This document shows, one piece after another, positions 40,777 to 51,050 of a DNA stretch of 64,000 bases. The stretch is taken from positions 1,120,001 to 1,184,000 of the forward strand of contig OY782391.1 in assembly GCA_963677745.1 (NCBI GenBank), in the 5' to 3' direction. The notes below the pieces were generated by a model, which saw only the letters and a list, made by a program, of their open reading frames with translations, did not search any database and was not told the DNA's origin. Each line of letters starts with the position of its first letter. The stretch's first letter is position 1. The translations under genes were made by a program, and so were the position numbers. This stretch comes from Candidatus Altimarinota bacterium (lineage in GTDB: Bacteria > Patescibacteriota > Gracilibacteria > UBA1369).

Positions 40777-42489
40777 TTAGCCGGCTGAATCCATACAATA
40801 CGCATAACCTGTCAAGTTCTCTGCTGTGCCGGAATTATTCCTTGCTCCAATATAGCAATACGAGCCAAAAGTACTTTTATAGCTTGTATATACGCTTAGA
40901 GATGAACCACCCTTATAAGCACAGCTGTAAACTTTACCTGCACTGCAGTATATTGACACACCTGCAGTTGATGAACCAGGAACAGATACTGTGCCGGAAT
41001 CTGAATAAGTATAGTTACCAAACCCCTCATTGGAAGTAATTTTACCGGTTGAATTAATAGTACCATAAACCTTGACTTTAGAATTGGGGGCGTCAATATC
41101 ATCGCCAACTTTTAAATCATAAAGTCCAGTATCGGCACCCAGACTCCCATTGATCACAACACCATCGTCATAACCGTCATTATAAGCAATAAAAGCCCAC
41201 CAGGGGTCTGGAAATTGCTTCGACCTAACTCCATACATATCGGCAACGGTATCTGCCAGATTAATTGTTAAAGTCTGTCCATATTCGTCTGGATCGGCTG
41301 GGCCCGTAATAGAAGTTGTTGTAATCTGGCCCCCCACCGTTAAATTGTTGGTGGAAGTATTTCCAGTTATGTTGGCATTTCCTGATACTGCCAAATTTTT
41401 ACTGTTCAAAATTGTCACGTCATCATCAATTTGCATATCCTCAGTCGGGTTATATAAATGTCCCCAGGAATCGACTGCAAATCTCCAGGAACCGTTATTC
41501 CAGAAGCCCAGACGGCTGGAATCAATCTGTCCCATGAATAACTGATAATCATCGCCGGACTTCCCGAGCCAAATACCACCTTTATGATTACCATCGGATC
41601 CGGTGCGGATTCTTCCCGCCACATCAAAATCTTCATTAGCACTTCCGCTACCTGTAATTTTAAAGCCTTGTGCATCATTGACTTGTACGCTTCCCCCGGA
41701 TGGATTGGAAATTGCGCCGGTCAAGCCGTCTACATCCAAAAAGATGCCACCTGTGTTATTTTTCAATTCCAGACCCTGATCATCAAAGACAGTCACAGCA
41801 CCAGTTGCACCAGTATCGGCATCAGTCAGGTCGCCGTTGACTGCAATCGTCATTTTGTCATTTTTAATTATACCTTTGGCATTTACCGCTTCATCCATAG
41901 TGCCAAGTTTAACACTTGTCTTCTCAACGCCAGCCTGCTTTGCCTGAAACCAGCCTGAAGCCCAGTTTGCGCTGGTTCCGGCAACACCCAATTGACCCTC
42001 ATATGTATATCCGGAGCCAAAGCCCGATCCGGAATAAGTAACTGCCGCACCGCCAGTACCCGGTCCAAAATAGTAAGCATTTACTGCAGATCCTGCACTG
42101 CCCAGTTTTGCGTAATTGACTCCTGTATTATCTACAAAATAACCGCCATTACCGGCTGCGTTACTTGAGGCGCCGGCTACACCGGCAGTCGTTCCTACTC
42201 CATAGACTCCGTAGTTGGCACCGGCAGCCGTAGAAGTTCCCTTCACACCGTGTCCGGTGGTGGAGGAAGCATTCACTCCCTGCGTCACGCCCTGGAACAC
42301 ACCGCCGCTGGTTGGAACTGTTGTTCCAAAACCGCTGGTTACCGAATTAAAAGTAGCATCCGGCAGATTGGGGGAGGGGGGGCCGCCAGCAGGAGCTGCG
42401 CCTGTAATCAGAGGCACCATAATCAGCACGGTACAGGACAGTGCCAGTCCGATCCAAAGTCCGCGGTTGTTGATGTGTAGATTTCTCAT
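40777..42489 (-). CDS. secreted Gly-rich fibre/adhesin-like protein
   Basis: N-terminal hydrophobic signal, GVxG repeats, Cys-containing C-terminal domain. Confidence 0.8.
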   Translation of the reverse strand: MRNLHINNRGLWIGLALSCTVLIMVPLITGAAPAGGPPSPNLPDATFNSVTSGFGTTVPTSGGVFQGVTQGVNASSTTGHGVKGTSTAAGANYGVYGVGTTAGVAGASSNAAGNGGYFVDNTGVNYAKLGSAGSAVNAYYFGPGTGGAAVTYSGSGFGSGYTYEGQLGVAGTSANWASGWFQAKQAGVEKTSVKLGTMDEAVNAKGIIKNDKMTIAVNGDLTDADTGATGAVTVFDDQGLELKNNTGGIFLDVDGLTGAISNPSGGSVQVNDAQGFKITGSGSANEDFDVAGRIRTGSDGNHKGGIWLGKSGDDYQLFMGQIDSSRLGFWNNGSWRFAVDSWGHLYNPTEDMQIDDDVTILNSKNLAVSGNANITGNTSTNNLTVGGQITTTSITGPADPDEYGQTLTINLADTVADMYGVRSKQFPDPWWAFIAYNDGYDDGVVINGSLGADTGLYDLKVGDDIDAPNSKVKVYGTINSTGKITSNEGFGNYTYSDSGTVSVPGSSTAGVSIYCSAGKVYSCAYKGGSSLSVYTSYKSTFGSYCYIGARNNSGTAENLTGYAYCMDSAG

Positions 42490-42586
42490 GGCTTGTTTGT
42501 TTTAAACGTAAATTAAAAATATATCTTTGTATTATAACACAATTTATTTGATTTGAAAAAGCCTAAATTTGAAGGAGAGGGAATGG

Positions 42587-43960
42587 CTAGGAAAGAACCT
42601 GCACTGCCATATTGACATACTGTTCGGTCCAGGGCACCTCAATCTGGGCAAAAGTCTGATCAATCAGCCCCTGCTCATCCATTACCTGCAATCTGATCAT
42701 CTTTGATCCGCCGATTCTGTAACTGCCCGTAATTTTGGCGGAGTTATTCCAGCCGGTATCAAAAATAATGTCATCACTGCCGGAATAGTTGAAATCCCAG
42801 CGGAACTTCAGGTTTCGGGATGGAGTGTGGTCATCTGTGGATTGGCTGGCGTCAAACCTGTAGTTAAAGTCGCTAACTCTCTCCACCGACAGTAATGCGG
42901 TGGGAGACGAGTCGTCCAGCACGCTCAATGAGATTTCGGCAAGTGAAGAAGCACCTTCCGGATCGCGTACTTCCATCAGTACATTGTAGGTATTGGCCTC
43001 ACGGTACAGATGATTCCAGATATTCTTTTTCTGGAAATTGGTGTCCCAGTTGCCGTCTCCGTCCCAGTCAAAACGATAGGAAAGTTGTGATTTGTTGTAC
43101 TGGTTGTCGCTGGAGAAGGAAGTGTCAAAACGGAAAATGGCGTTTACGGGAGCGGCGATTTTATCCACTCTGAAATAGGCATTTGGAGCGTCGTTGGAGA
43201 CGACAGTTAACTTTTTTATGACCGAACTGACCTGTCCGTAGCCGTCCAGCACCTCCAGTTTTACCTCATATTCACCGGGTTCCCTGTAGCTGTGGGTAAT
43301 GCTTTTGAGTTTGGAAAAATAGCTGTCCTGCTGGCCGTCATTCTGGAAATCCCAGCGATATTCCAATTCGCCCTGGCGGAAAGTCTTGGACGATACGTCC
43401 GCGGTCAAGGTAAAAACGGTTTTGGTAGTGCCGCTATAGGGGTCGCTGGAAGCGGGGAGGTCATTACTGACCCGAAAATCAACATTATCCAGTTGTTTGA
43501 TGGAGGCTGCAGGCACTTTTACTGTTTGACTCATGCTGCCTTCGGCAAAAGCGTCGTATTGCGGGGGGATGTAGTTGCTTTGATCATACTGGCTGCCGGA
43601 TTCAACATAGGAACGGCCGGTGCTCGTACCGGAAGGGGAAGTGTTTGTTCCCAGATAAGTATCGGTGGAGGTCCCGCTGAAATAAGTAGTGGTGCTGTTT
43701 CCGGAATTTCCCGGCATAAGCTGCCCAGTGACTGCATTGCGCTGGCCCTGCTGTAAAGCGTCGTAACCGTCGCCGGTTTGCGGCTGCATGACAGCGGCAC
43801 CGGTGGAAGTAAGAGAAACCAGCGGCACCATAAACAGGTCGGGGATGGTCTGGGCGGATGCGACGTTGGAAAGCGGCAGAAGCAACAAAATTCCCAGCGT
43901 TGAAAACGTTATTTTCATCTTTGTTCGGCCAAATTTCCGGAGATATTGTTCTCTATTCAT
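42587..43960 (-). CDS. secreted protein with three PKD domains
   Basis: Signal peptide ASA; YRWDFQNDG, YRFDWDGDG and FRWDFNY with Y...G.Y.V.LEV.D. Confidence 0.9.
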   Translation of the reverse strand: MNREQYLRKFGRTKMKITFSTLGILLLLPLSNVASAQTIPDLFMVPLVSLTSTGAAVMQPQTGDGYDALQQGQRNAVTGQLMPGNSGNSTTTYFSGTSTDTYLGTNTSPSGTSTGRSYVESGSQYDQSNYIPPQYDAFAEGSMSQTVKVPAASIKQLDNVDFRVSNDLPASSDPYSGTTKTVFTLTADVSSKTFRQGELEYRWDFQNDGQQDSYFSKLKSITHSYREPGEYEVKLEVLDGYGQVSSVIKKLTVVSNDAPNAYFRVDKIAAPVNAIFRFDTSFSSDNQYNKSQLSYRFDWDGDGNWDTNFQKKNIWNHLYREANTYNVLMEVRDPEGASSLAEISLSVLDDSSPTALLSVERVSDFNYRFDASQSTDDHTPSRNLKFRWDFNYSGSDDIIFDTGWNNSAKITGSYRIGGSKMIRLQVMDEQGLIDQTFAQIEVPWTEQYVNMAVQVLS

Positions 43961-44036
43961 CTATATCAATTTAAAATAGAGTATATATAACCAGAAAATG
44001 GCTAACAAGTCAATGTAATAGGGGGAGATTGTTACT

Positions 44037-46787
44037 TTAGATTTCGCTGTAGGCGGCCGGAACTATGGTAAAGCTGTAATCGCCAACCTTGATCGATCCG
44101 TTGATGACATTGCCTTTTATTGATCCTGAGGCCGCAAAGGCCATAGTCATGTTGGCGGGAGTGGTCTGGGTGGCTCCATATCCGCTGACCGTGCTGGAAC
44201 CGGTGCTGTTAAAGCTTCCACCAGCCGTAAAAGCCCCTGTTTCCGGATTGACCGAACCGCTGCAACCATTGGCTACCGCTGTGGCTGCGCCGGTAACGGC
44301 CATTCCTTGCATGGTGCCGCTGGCTTTGGTGGTGAGGGTTGAGGTACAGGTCAGACTGAAATTTTCATCAATTTCAAAATAAATCGGTCCTCCGCCGGTG
44401 GTATTGATTCCCATTGTGGAATTGCTGATTTGCACCTGGGCCTGATAAGAACCGGGGGAAACCACTCCGACCAGGGAAATTAAAAATTTTTCCCAGGGTC
44501 CCAGTGTCCCTGCGTTTTTGGCTTTTTGATAATCTTCGGCCAGTTTTTTGATATCCTGATTATACTGATCACTTAATTGCTTAAACATTTCCAGCTGCAC
44601 GGCTTTCAGTACGGATTTCACTTCCTCTTCGTTGATCTCCTCCTGAGTTTGGGTACTGACGCCCATAAATTTAGCGGCGTCACCGACCCAGGCTTTGATT
44701 TTATCATCGGCCATGCTGCCTACGATATTATTAAGGAAGCTTAAAGCCTTGGGGGCAAAACCCTTGCCCGCGCTTTCACCGATTCCCAAAGCGTCCGCAA
44801 AAACACTCAGCATGCGTTTTTTCTCAAATAATCCTTTGAAGGCGCCCGGGATATTTTCCACGCCGTTTGACTTCAATAAATTGAAGGCATCGTCCAGACT
44901 GGAAGAGATTGTATTCTTGGTAGCTGATAATACGTTTTTGGTTCCGTTAAGCGCCGCATCCAGTCCCTGTTTGCTGAACAAGGATTTGAAAGCGCCTTTC
45001 AGTCCTCCCGAGAAAAAGTTGGTAATACCGCCTTTAATTGCAGCACCGTCAATTGCCATCAATCCTTTGACCAGACTGCTGGAACCGGAAGCGACTTTGC
45101 TTCCGGCAATTTTCAGGGCCTGTGAACCCTTCAAAAAACTGCCCGACCCACCGATACAACTGAGTCCAACACCCAGCAGACCCACCAGCGTATCGGCTGT
45201 AGAGGTGTTAGGGTCAAGCGCTGTCATGGCATCTTTTCCCAGACCGGTAAAGAAACCGGAGACGATTTTTGCAGCAAAACCTACCGTTTTACTGGTTACT
45301 CCTTCTCCCATTACCAGTTTGGTCATACCTTCCATTCCTGCCGCAAAGACTTTGTCAGATTCATCCAGAATTTTCACCGTATCGGAATATACCTGATGTC
45401 CCTGTGTCCCAGCCTGGAAATTATTATAAATTCCTACGTAATTGGAGCCGATGGTGGAGAGTACTTGCTTGGCGCTGTTGCCGTAATAAACGCCGTTGAC
45501 CACATCCATGGGGGTTTTGGCTACTGCACTGGCTGCGTCCAGAGCAGTACCGATAACCTTGCCGGCTACTTTGGTCCCTGCCACTGCTACTTCCGCGCCT
45601 TTATTTACTACATATTTGGTGCCGTCCCAGGCCATATTGACACCGGCCGATCCATAATCCAGAGCCGTGTCTTTGACCGCCACGCCGGCGTCCACAATTT
45701 TCCCGCCAAACCAGGCGGCTGTGTCCATAAATCCGGCTCTTGCCACCGGAATCAGACCGGACACTTTGAATTCCGGTTCTTTCAGCAGGTCTTCCTCCGG
45801 CACTGAATCCAGGTAAGCCTGCAGGTTTTTGCTGAATTCCTCGTATTCTCCGATTTGTTCATTTAGCATGGCCAGAACGTCCTGATCAATCGCTTCTTTT
45901 CCGCCCTGATAATCTGCCAGAGCCTTTTTTAATTCGGGCAATTTGGCCTTCATATTGGTCACCACATCCTGCACATAATAATGGTCGGCTGTGAACAGCA
46001 GCTTTTCCTCATGGGCCAGTAAAGCTCCGTTATAAGCCAGTTTTTGTATCAGTTTTTCAATGTCTTTGCTGCGTTGGCCCATCTCCTGATCCAGCTGGTC
46101 ATTGATTGTTTTATAACCTTCCAGATTGTAACTGGCGGAAATCATCTCCAGACCGGCCAGCCTCCCGTACAAAAAGGCCAATTCATCCTGATAACTTTGG
46201 GTCAGGTTGAAAGTTAGATAATATTTGGTATAAGCCAGAAAACCCCACTCGGCGCTCTTTTCCATTTTGGCCAGTTCATCTTTCAGAGAATTCAGGAAAA
46301 CCAGTTTCTGGTAATTATAAACGGCATATTCATTGCCCTGATCGATCTGTTGTAAAAGTTCTTCCTTGGCGCTCGGTGCGAACACGGCAATTGTCAGGAA
46401 GTAACGGTCGAAAATCGTACGCACCTCTCGCACCTTGGCGTCCAATTCATTCAGATAACCCACGGACTGATCCACTACTTTCAAAATCTGGTCGGCTCTT
46501 TCGTCACGCTGTTTGGTATAGCCTTTTGTATATTCATCCATTCCCAGAAAAGTCCCGAAATAGAAAGGGCCGGAATAGGAAACCTGTGTAACATTTTCCT
46601 GTTCGATGTATTGCTGGGCCAGCTCGGGAGTCCAACTGTAACTGGCATCCATGGTCAGTTCTTTCAGCGGGGTAGATGCAGACTGGCCGTCGGGGCCGGC
46701 CTGGTCGCCGCCCGGAGTCTGGGGAACACTCTGACAGCCGCTGATAAACATGGCTATCAGGGACAAACAAGCAATCAGCTTCTTCAT
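44037..46787 (-). CDS. large lipoprotein of unknown function (916 aa)
   Basis: Lipobox ISGC; helical N-terminal region, Gly/Ala-rich middle, beta-rich C-terminus. Confidence 0.85.
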   Translation of the reverse strand: MKKLIACLSLIAMFISGCQSVPQTPGGDQAGPDGQSASTPLKELTMDASYSWTPELAQQYIEQENVTQVSYSGPFYFGTFLGMDEYTKGYTKQRDERADQILKVVDQSVGYLNELDAKVREVRTIFDRYFLTIAVFAPSAKEELLQQIDQGNEYAVYNYQKLVFLNSLKDELAKMEKSAEWGFLAYTKYYLTFNLTQSYQDELAFLYGRLAGLEMISASYNLEGYKTINDQLDQEMGQRSKDIEKLIQKLAYNGALLAHEEKLLFTADHYYVQDVVTNMKAKLPELKKALADYQGGKEAIDQDVLAMLNEQIGEYEEFSKNLQAYLDSVPEEDLLKEPEFKVSGLIPVARAGFMDTAAWFGGKIVDAGVAVKDTALDYGSAGVNMAWDGTKYVVNKGAEVAVAGTKVAGKVIGTALDAASAVAKTPMDVVNGVYYGNSAKQVLSTIGSNYVGIYNNFQAGTQGHQVYSDTVKILDESDKVFAAGMEGMTKLVMGEGVTSKTVGFAAKIVSGFFTGLGKDAMTALDPNTSTADTLVGLLGVGLSCIGGSGSFLKGSQALKIAGSKVASGSSSLVKGLMAIDGAAIKGGITNFFSGGLKGAFKSLFSKQGLDAALNGTKNVLSATKNTISSSLDDAFNLLKSNGVENIPGAFKGLFEKKRMLSVFADALGIGESAGKGFAPKALSFLNNIVGSMADDKIKAWVGDAAKFMGVSTQTQEEINEEEVKSVLKAVQLEMFKQLSDQYNQDIKKLAEDYQKAKNAGTLGPWEKFLISLVGVVSPGSYQAQVQISNSTMGINTTGGGPIYFEIDENFSLTCTSTLTTKASGTMQGMAVTGAATAVANGCSGSVNPETGAFTAGGSFNSTGSSTVSGYGATQTTPANMTMAFAASGSIKGNVINGSIKVGDYSFTIVPAAYSEI

Positions 46788-46799
46788 AAAATTAAAAGG

Positions 46800-48617
46800 T
46801 TATCTTTTTATTTCAACTTTAATATTATCGGGAACCGAAGGCAGTGTAGGCGCCCAGGCAGGCCAGGTTTTGATTTCCACGCGCTCGATTTCAGGGAGAT
46901 TCTGGATGAAATCTCGCGCTTCACGGATATCTTTGCCGACAATGCTTTCCTGGATTTTCTTGATCAGACGCTCGCCGTTTTCTTTCTTGGGACTGACTTC
47001 GAATTCCTCAATTCCCTGGATGGTGGCGGTAACGGTAATTTTTTGGGCGGTTTTGTCGTAATCCACGATTTTCATAGTCAGTGAATCTTCATCAACGCTG
47101 GCCAAAGTTTTCTCGGGATTTTTCTTCAGGCGGATTTCACGCTTCAGTATGCTCAGCAATTCGTCCAGATCATAAGCCACGCCGCTGACCACCATCGATC
47201 CTTTTACGTCGAATGAGTCGAGCTTCTGGCCTTCCAGATTGGTGGGAATAACTATTTTCGGTGTTCCGTATTCAATGATATTTTTTCCGGTAAGCAAAGC
47301 CAGTTTGGTATTCTGGTTTTCGTTGCGCTTGGTGACTACCGCTTTCAGTTCTGCCTCGGCTGATGTTTTGAGATCATTTTCCATTTTCAATTGTGCCGCC
47401 TGTACATCCTCTTTACTGATAAATTTGACTATGTTTGTCACACCTCCCACAAAAGGTCCGTTGCTGACGGCAAATAATTTTTTCTGGTTCTCCGCCGACA
47501 GTGCCGGCAGGAAAAACTTCACTTCGCCCTGCAGATTGCCTCTTTCGCCGGTGGGTTGTCCAAAGGCGTCCACGGGGTCCGCCACCACGCTTACTTCCAG
47601 TTCACCGGGTTTTTCCGGGGAACCTGCGGGCACCATGACCTGTTTGCTGATTCTGAAAACCAGTCCGTCGGCCGTTTGGAAACGGGTCTTGGGAACCAGT
47701 GGCCAGTCATTGGGGCTGATATTTTTGACCTTTATTTTGCCGCTGGCGCTGATCCCTCCCTGGGCATCTTTGCCGGTTGCCTGGAAAGTAAAAATTTTGT
47801 CGATTTGCGTGGTGATTCTGTAACTGGGAATCATATTGGTGGGCCTCGTGTCCAGCTCGGCCCGGTTTCTGTCCACGTCTGCCAGAATGATGTTCTTGGG
47901 AACTTCTATCACATTGGATTTGGGAGTGAGAATCAGCGTGGCTCCCGGCAGGGCAATATAGGAAATGGTCATCAGGATTATCACACTCACCGCTACCAGA
48001 GCGAACAGGGCTTTTTTATTCGGCGCAATCAGTACCAGTGAAGATTTACCCTGGTTGCCGGCAGCTTTCTTTTGAGCGGCATTGCGGGCCGAAGAGTTGA
48101 AATCTTTGGGCATGATCTGAATCCTTCCACCGGTGGTACGTTTGATCAGTTCGGATATGGAAAACTTCTTTTCGTTTCTGCGGCTGGGGGATTCTTCATT
48201 CAGACTGTTGACCGAAGCCTTAAGCGGGGTGATTTCATTTTCGGCATTTTCCTTGAACTTGCCGGAAATCAGAGCCGGATGACCCTGCCCCTCAATTTTC
48301 TCCGAAACCTGCAGACCGATTCTGTTGCAGAGATTAAAGCCGTTGCTGTCATTGGTCACGATGAAAATGTTTTTCTCCAGATCCTCGGCCTTTCTTTTTA
48401 AAATTTTCAGATTGATGGCACTTTGGAAAATCACTGCGCGCTGGGGAATAACCAGATAAACATTTTTATATTTAACTTTGCCCAGTTTGTCATAAATGGA
48501 CGTCACTTCATCGTCAATTTCCAGATAAAGTATCTTTTTAGTGGACACGGGAACCCTTTTGGCGGGTTTTTCCTGGTCCGCATCGTCTACTCTGATTTTT
48601 TTCTTTTGTATTGGCAT
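46800..48617 (-). CDS. membrane protein with baseplate J/gp47-like extracytoplasmic region
   Basis: N-terminal YLEIDDEVTSI...QSAINLKIL domain; single TM; ATGK..ASGKIKVKN..LVPKTRF..GLVFR..VPAG..GERGN. Confidence 0.7.
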   Translation of the reverse strand: MPIQKKKIRVDDADQEKPAKRVPVSTKKILYLEIDDEVTSIYDKLGKVKYKNVYLVIPQRAVIFQSAINLKILKRKAEDLEKNIFIVTNDSNGFNLCNRIGLQVSEKIEGQGHPALISGKFKENAENEITPLKASVNSLNEESPSRRNEKKFSISELIKRTTGGRIQIMPKDFNSSARNAAQKKAAGNQGKSSLVLIAPNKKALFALVAVSVIILMTISYIALPGATLILTPKSNVIEVPKNIILADVDRNRAELDTRPTNMIPSYRITTQIDKIFTFQATGKDAQGGISASGKIKVKNISPNDWPLVPKTRFQTADGLVFRISKQVMVPAGSPEKPGELEVSVVADPVDAFGQPTGERGNLQGEVKFFLPALSAENQKKLFAVSNGPFVGGVTNIVKFISKEDVQAAQLKMENDLKTSAEAELKAVVTKRNENQNTKLALLTGKNIIEYGTPKIVIPTNLEGQKLDSFDVKGSMVVSGVAYDLDELLSILKREIRLKKNPEKTLASVDEDSLTMKIVDYDKTAQKITVTATIQGIEEFEVSPKKENGERLIKKIQESIVGKDIREARDFIQNLPEIERVEIKTWPAWAPTLPSVPDNIKVEIKR

Positions 48618-48620
48618 AAG

Positions 48621-49874
48621 CTAAATTTGCATCAGTCTGACTACTTTCTTTAATAATTTGGCCAGAATCTGTTCTTCGCCGACATATTCCAGTCCGATAT
48701 TGGCCAGTGCCACAGTCGGCACGTCGATTGGATCCTTCAGCAGTCTGGTTTCGTCAATCATATTGGCAAGCATTTTCGGTTCCAGAAAAGTAATGGCGGG
48801 TTTCTTGGGGAAGGGGAGGGTTTGTGTCCATTCACGGCTGTCCAAAACCTCCTTGATTTCAGGAAGCAGGCTGCCGCCTCCGCAGATATAAATTTTGGAA
48901 GGTAAAATATCGATTTTTTCAATTTCTGCCAGAGTCAGCGCCACTCCGGAAATCCATACCTGGCAATCACTCTTCATGGCTTCGCGCACTATCCGGTGTG
49001 ACTGTTTTTCCAGTTGTTCGCCCGAATAGGCCAGCTTAATTTTTTCCGCATCCTCGTAACCGACCGAGAGAGCCTGGGCCAGGCGTTTGGTGAAAGACCG
49101 GCCGCCCAGCGTAAACATCTTGGTACCTTCCACACTGCCGTTGCTGACCACGGCCAGATCGGTGGTGCCCCCTCCGATATCAATGAAAATCGCACTCAAA
49201 TTCCCTCCGTCTTCATGTCCCAGACAACGTGCCAGAGCATAGGGGCCGGCGGTAATCGCCAGCAGATCCATATCCAGTTCGGCGGCGATTGTTTGCAATG
49301 AGCCGTAATGAACCAGCGGGGCAAAAGCGTTAAAAATACTGATAGTCACCTCTTTGCCCTGAAAACCCAGCGGGTTGGCCACTTTATAGCCGTCGATCCG
49401 CACATCCACAATCGCCGCATTGACCAGTTTGATATCAATCTCATTGTAGCCGGTCTCAAAAGCCATCTCGGAGCGGACTTCATCAAAAGCTTTCCATTGT
49501 ACTTTATGGACAATATTTTTCAGTTCGCCCAGATCAATTTTGGTATCGGGTTCGCGGCGGGTATAAGAAATAGTGGTGGTAGCGCCTTTTACCAGTTCCC
49601 CGGCAATGCCCATTACCAGCTGGTCGGTCGTCACACCGGCCATTTTCTCGGCTTTGCGTATTGCCTCATTGCAATTATTGATCACCGCGCCGATGTCGGT
49701 AACGGCACCGCTGGCCATATCGCCCAGCCGCTGTTTTTGCCTTCCCACACCCAGAATTCTGCCTCTGTCTCCTTCCGCCGAACAGACCAGCGCTTTTACC
49801 ACTTCGGTACCGATATCCAGGGCAATAAATAATTTTCCACCGGCGACCTTTTGAGTCTTTTTAAAAATAGCCAT
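48621..49874 (-). CDS. ftsA: FtsA-like actin-fold ATPase
   Basis: ALDIGTEVVKALV, IDIGGGTTD, AEKIK, ICGGGS; C-terminal amphipathic LAKLLKKVVRLMQI. Confidence 0.75.
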   Translation of the reverse strand: MAIFKKTQKVAGGKLFIALDIGTEVVKALVCSAEGDRGRILGVGRQKQRLGDMASGAVTDIGAVINNCNEAIRKAEKMAGVTTDQLVMGIAGELVKGATTTISYTRREPDTKIDLGELKNIVHKVQWKAFDEVRSEMAFETGYNEIDIKLVNAAIVDVRIDGYKVANPLGFQGKEVTISIFNAFAPLVHYGSLQTIAAELDMDLLAITAGPYALARCLGHEDGGNLSAIFIDIGGGTTDLAVVSNGSVEGTKMFTLGGRSFTKRLAQALSVGYEDAEKIKLAYSGEQLEKQSHRIVREAMKSDCQVWISGVALTLAEIEKIDILPSKIYICGGGSLLPEIKEVLDSREWTQTLPFPKKPAITFLEPKMLANMIDETRLLKDPIDVPTVALANIGLEYVGEEQILAKLLKKVVRLMQI

Positions 49875-50112
49875 TTGAATTTTGTTTTGTTTCGTCAGGC
49901 CCTGAAAATATCCTTTCAACAACAACAGCCGGAGGGAGGTATAGCTACCGCGAATTTTCGCGAACTTCAGGGCAAAATTAAATCACAGCAATATTAGACT
50001 TTTGAGCCAAGAGGGTCAAGACAAACGAGGTTAATTTGTTGATAAGCTATTGCCTCAGAATAAACTGTCGACCGGCTCATTTTTTATTGTTCTACCTATG
50101 TCTGTGATGCCG

Positions 50113-50973
50113 CTATGAGCAATCATTAAGCCCTCCATGCACGAGCTCATGATGCCCCCGACAAAGTGGTCGTAAATTCGCCGGATCCTGTCCGCCTCCG
50201 AAAGCGAACTCCCGCAGATGATGCAGATGATCAGCCCGCCGCCCGCAACCCCCCGCCGAACATTTGTCACCATGTTTCTCAAAAACCAATCGTTTCACAA
50301 CTGCCGGCACATATCTGGACCGGTCTTTCAGTTCATGTTCCATCTTTTCCTGAACCTGCAGCTCCTCAGCAGCGATTTCCTGCCCCCTTTTTTCCAGCAT
50401 TTCTTTCAGCAACTGATTCAGATCCAGTCCTTTCCGTTTCAGTTCATGCAGTTTTTCCGCCACCTGCTCGCTGATGCCGAGCTCAGCCAAAGTTTTTTGA
50501 GTGGCGCTACTATAATTCACCAATGCTATGGGGGCATTGATGTCCTGTGCGCACAGACTTTTAGTGGCGGATTTAGTTTCCGGCAAGCCATTCTCAGTTT
50601 TGATTTCTTTCACTTTTATATCCAAAGCTGCATAAGTGAGCTGCCTGGCCATTTGTAAAACCTCAGCGGAATTTTCAGCAGTTGCCACTGCCGCCACCCG
50701 TGCCAGTTTTCCGGCACTAACTTCTCCGGTTACCAACGCCTCGTGCAGCAGAGGCATTTCGGCAAACCGCTGCTCCAGCCGCAATACTTCATCCACCTGT
50801 TCATGGCTGAGTCCTCCTAGGCGTGCCGCAAACTCGTAAATTGACGCAAATCCCCGCCGCTCCCACAGCCCACGCCGTCTCACCTCTGGTAACAACCCGG
50901 CAAACCGGCGGCGCGCCTTCAACGCCACCCGCCCCCACTTTTTACATAATCTGTACAGTTGTTTGTCGGTCAT
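50113..50973 (-). CDS. HNH endonuclease with DUF222-like helical N-terminus
   Basis: SRYVPAVVKR, CSAGGC, HLHHLREFAFGG, NLRPLCRGHHELVH. Confidence 0.88.
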   Translation of the reverse strand: MTDKQLYRLCKKWGRVALKARRRFAGLLPEVRRRGLWERRGFASIYEFAARLGGLSHEQVDEVLRLEQRFAEMPLLHEALVTGEVSAGKLARVAAVATAENSAEVLQMARQLTYAALDIKVKEIKTENGLPETKSATKSLCAQDINAPIALVNYSSATQKTLAELGISEQVAEKLHELKRKGLDLNQLLKEMLEKRGQEIAAEELQVQEKMEHELKDRSRYVPAVVKRLVFEKHGDKCSAGGCGRRADHLHHLREFAFGGGQDPANLRPLCRGHHELVHGGLNDCS

Positions 50974-51025
50974 AATAGTGAAAATATTATGTTGTTAGAC
51001 AGCCGAATATTAGCAGAAATAAGCC

Positions 51026-51050
51026 AAAAACGCCACCGGGACGGGTGGCG
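51026..51050 (-). terminator. intrinsic terminator-like hairpin upstream of the HNH gene
   Basis: Minus strand CGCCACC-CGTCCC-GGTGGCG-TTTTT. Confidence 0.6.

Noticed and set aside
46800-50973. Prophage (baseplate-like gene plus HNH)
   Set aside because: No integrase, terminase, capsid or tail genes; the baseplate-like protein has a TM anchor and sits in a host operon.
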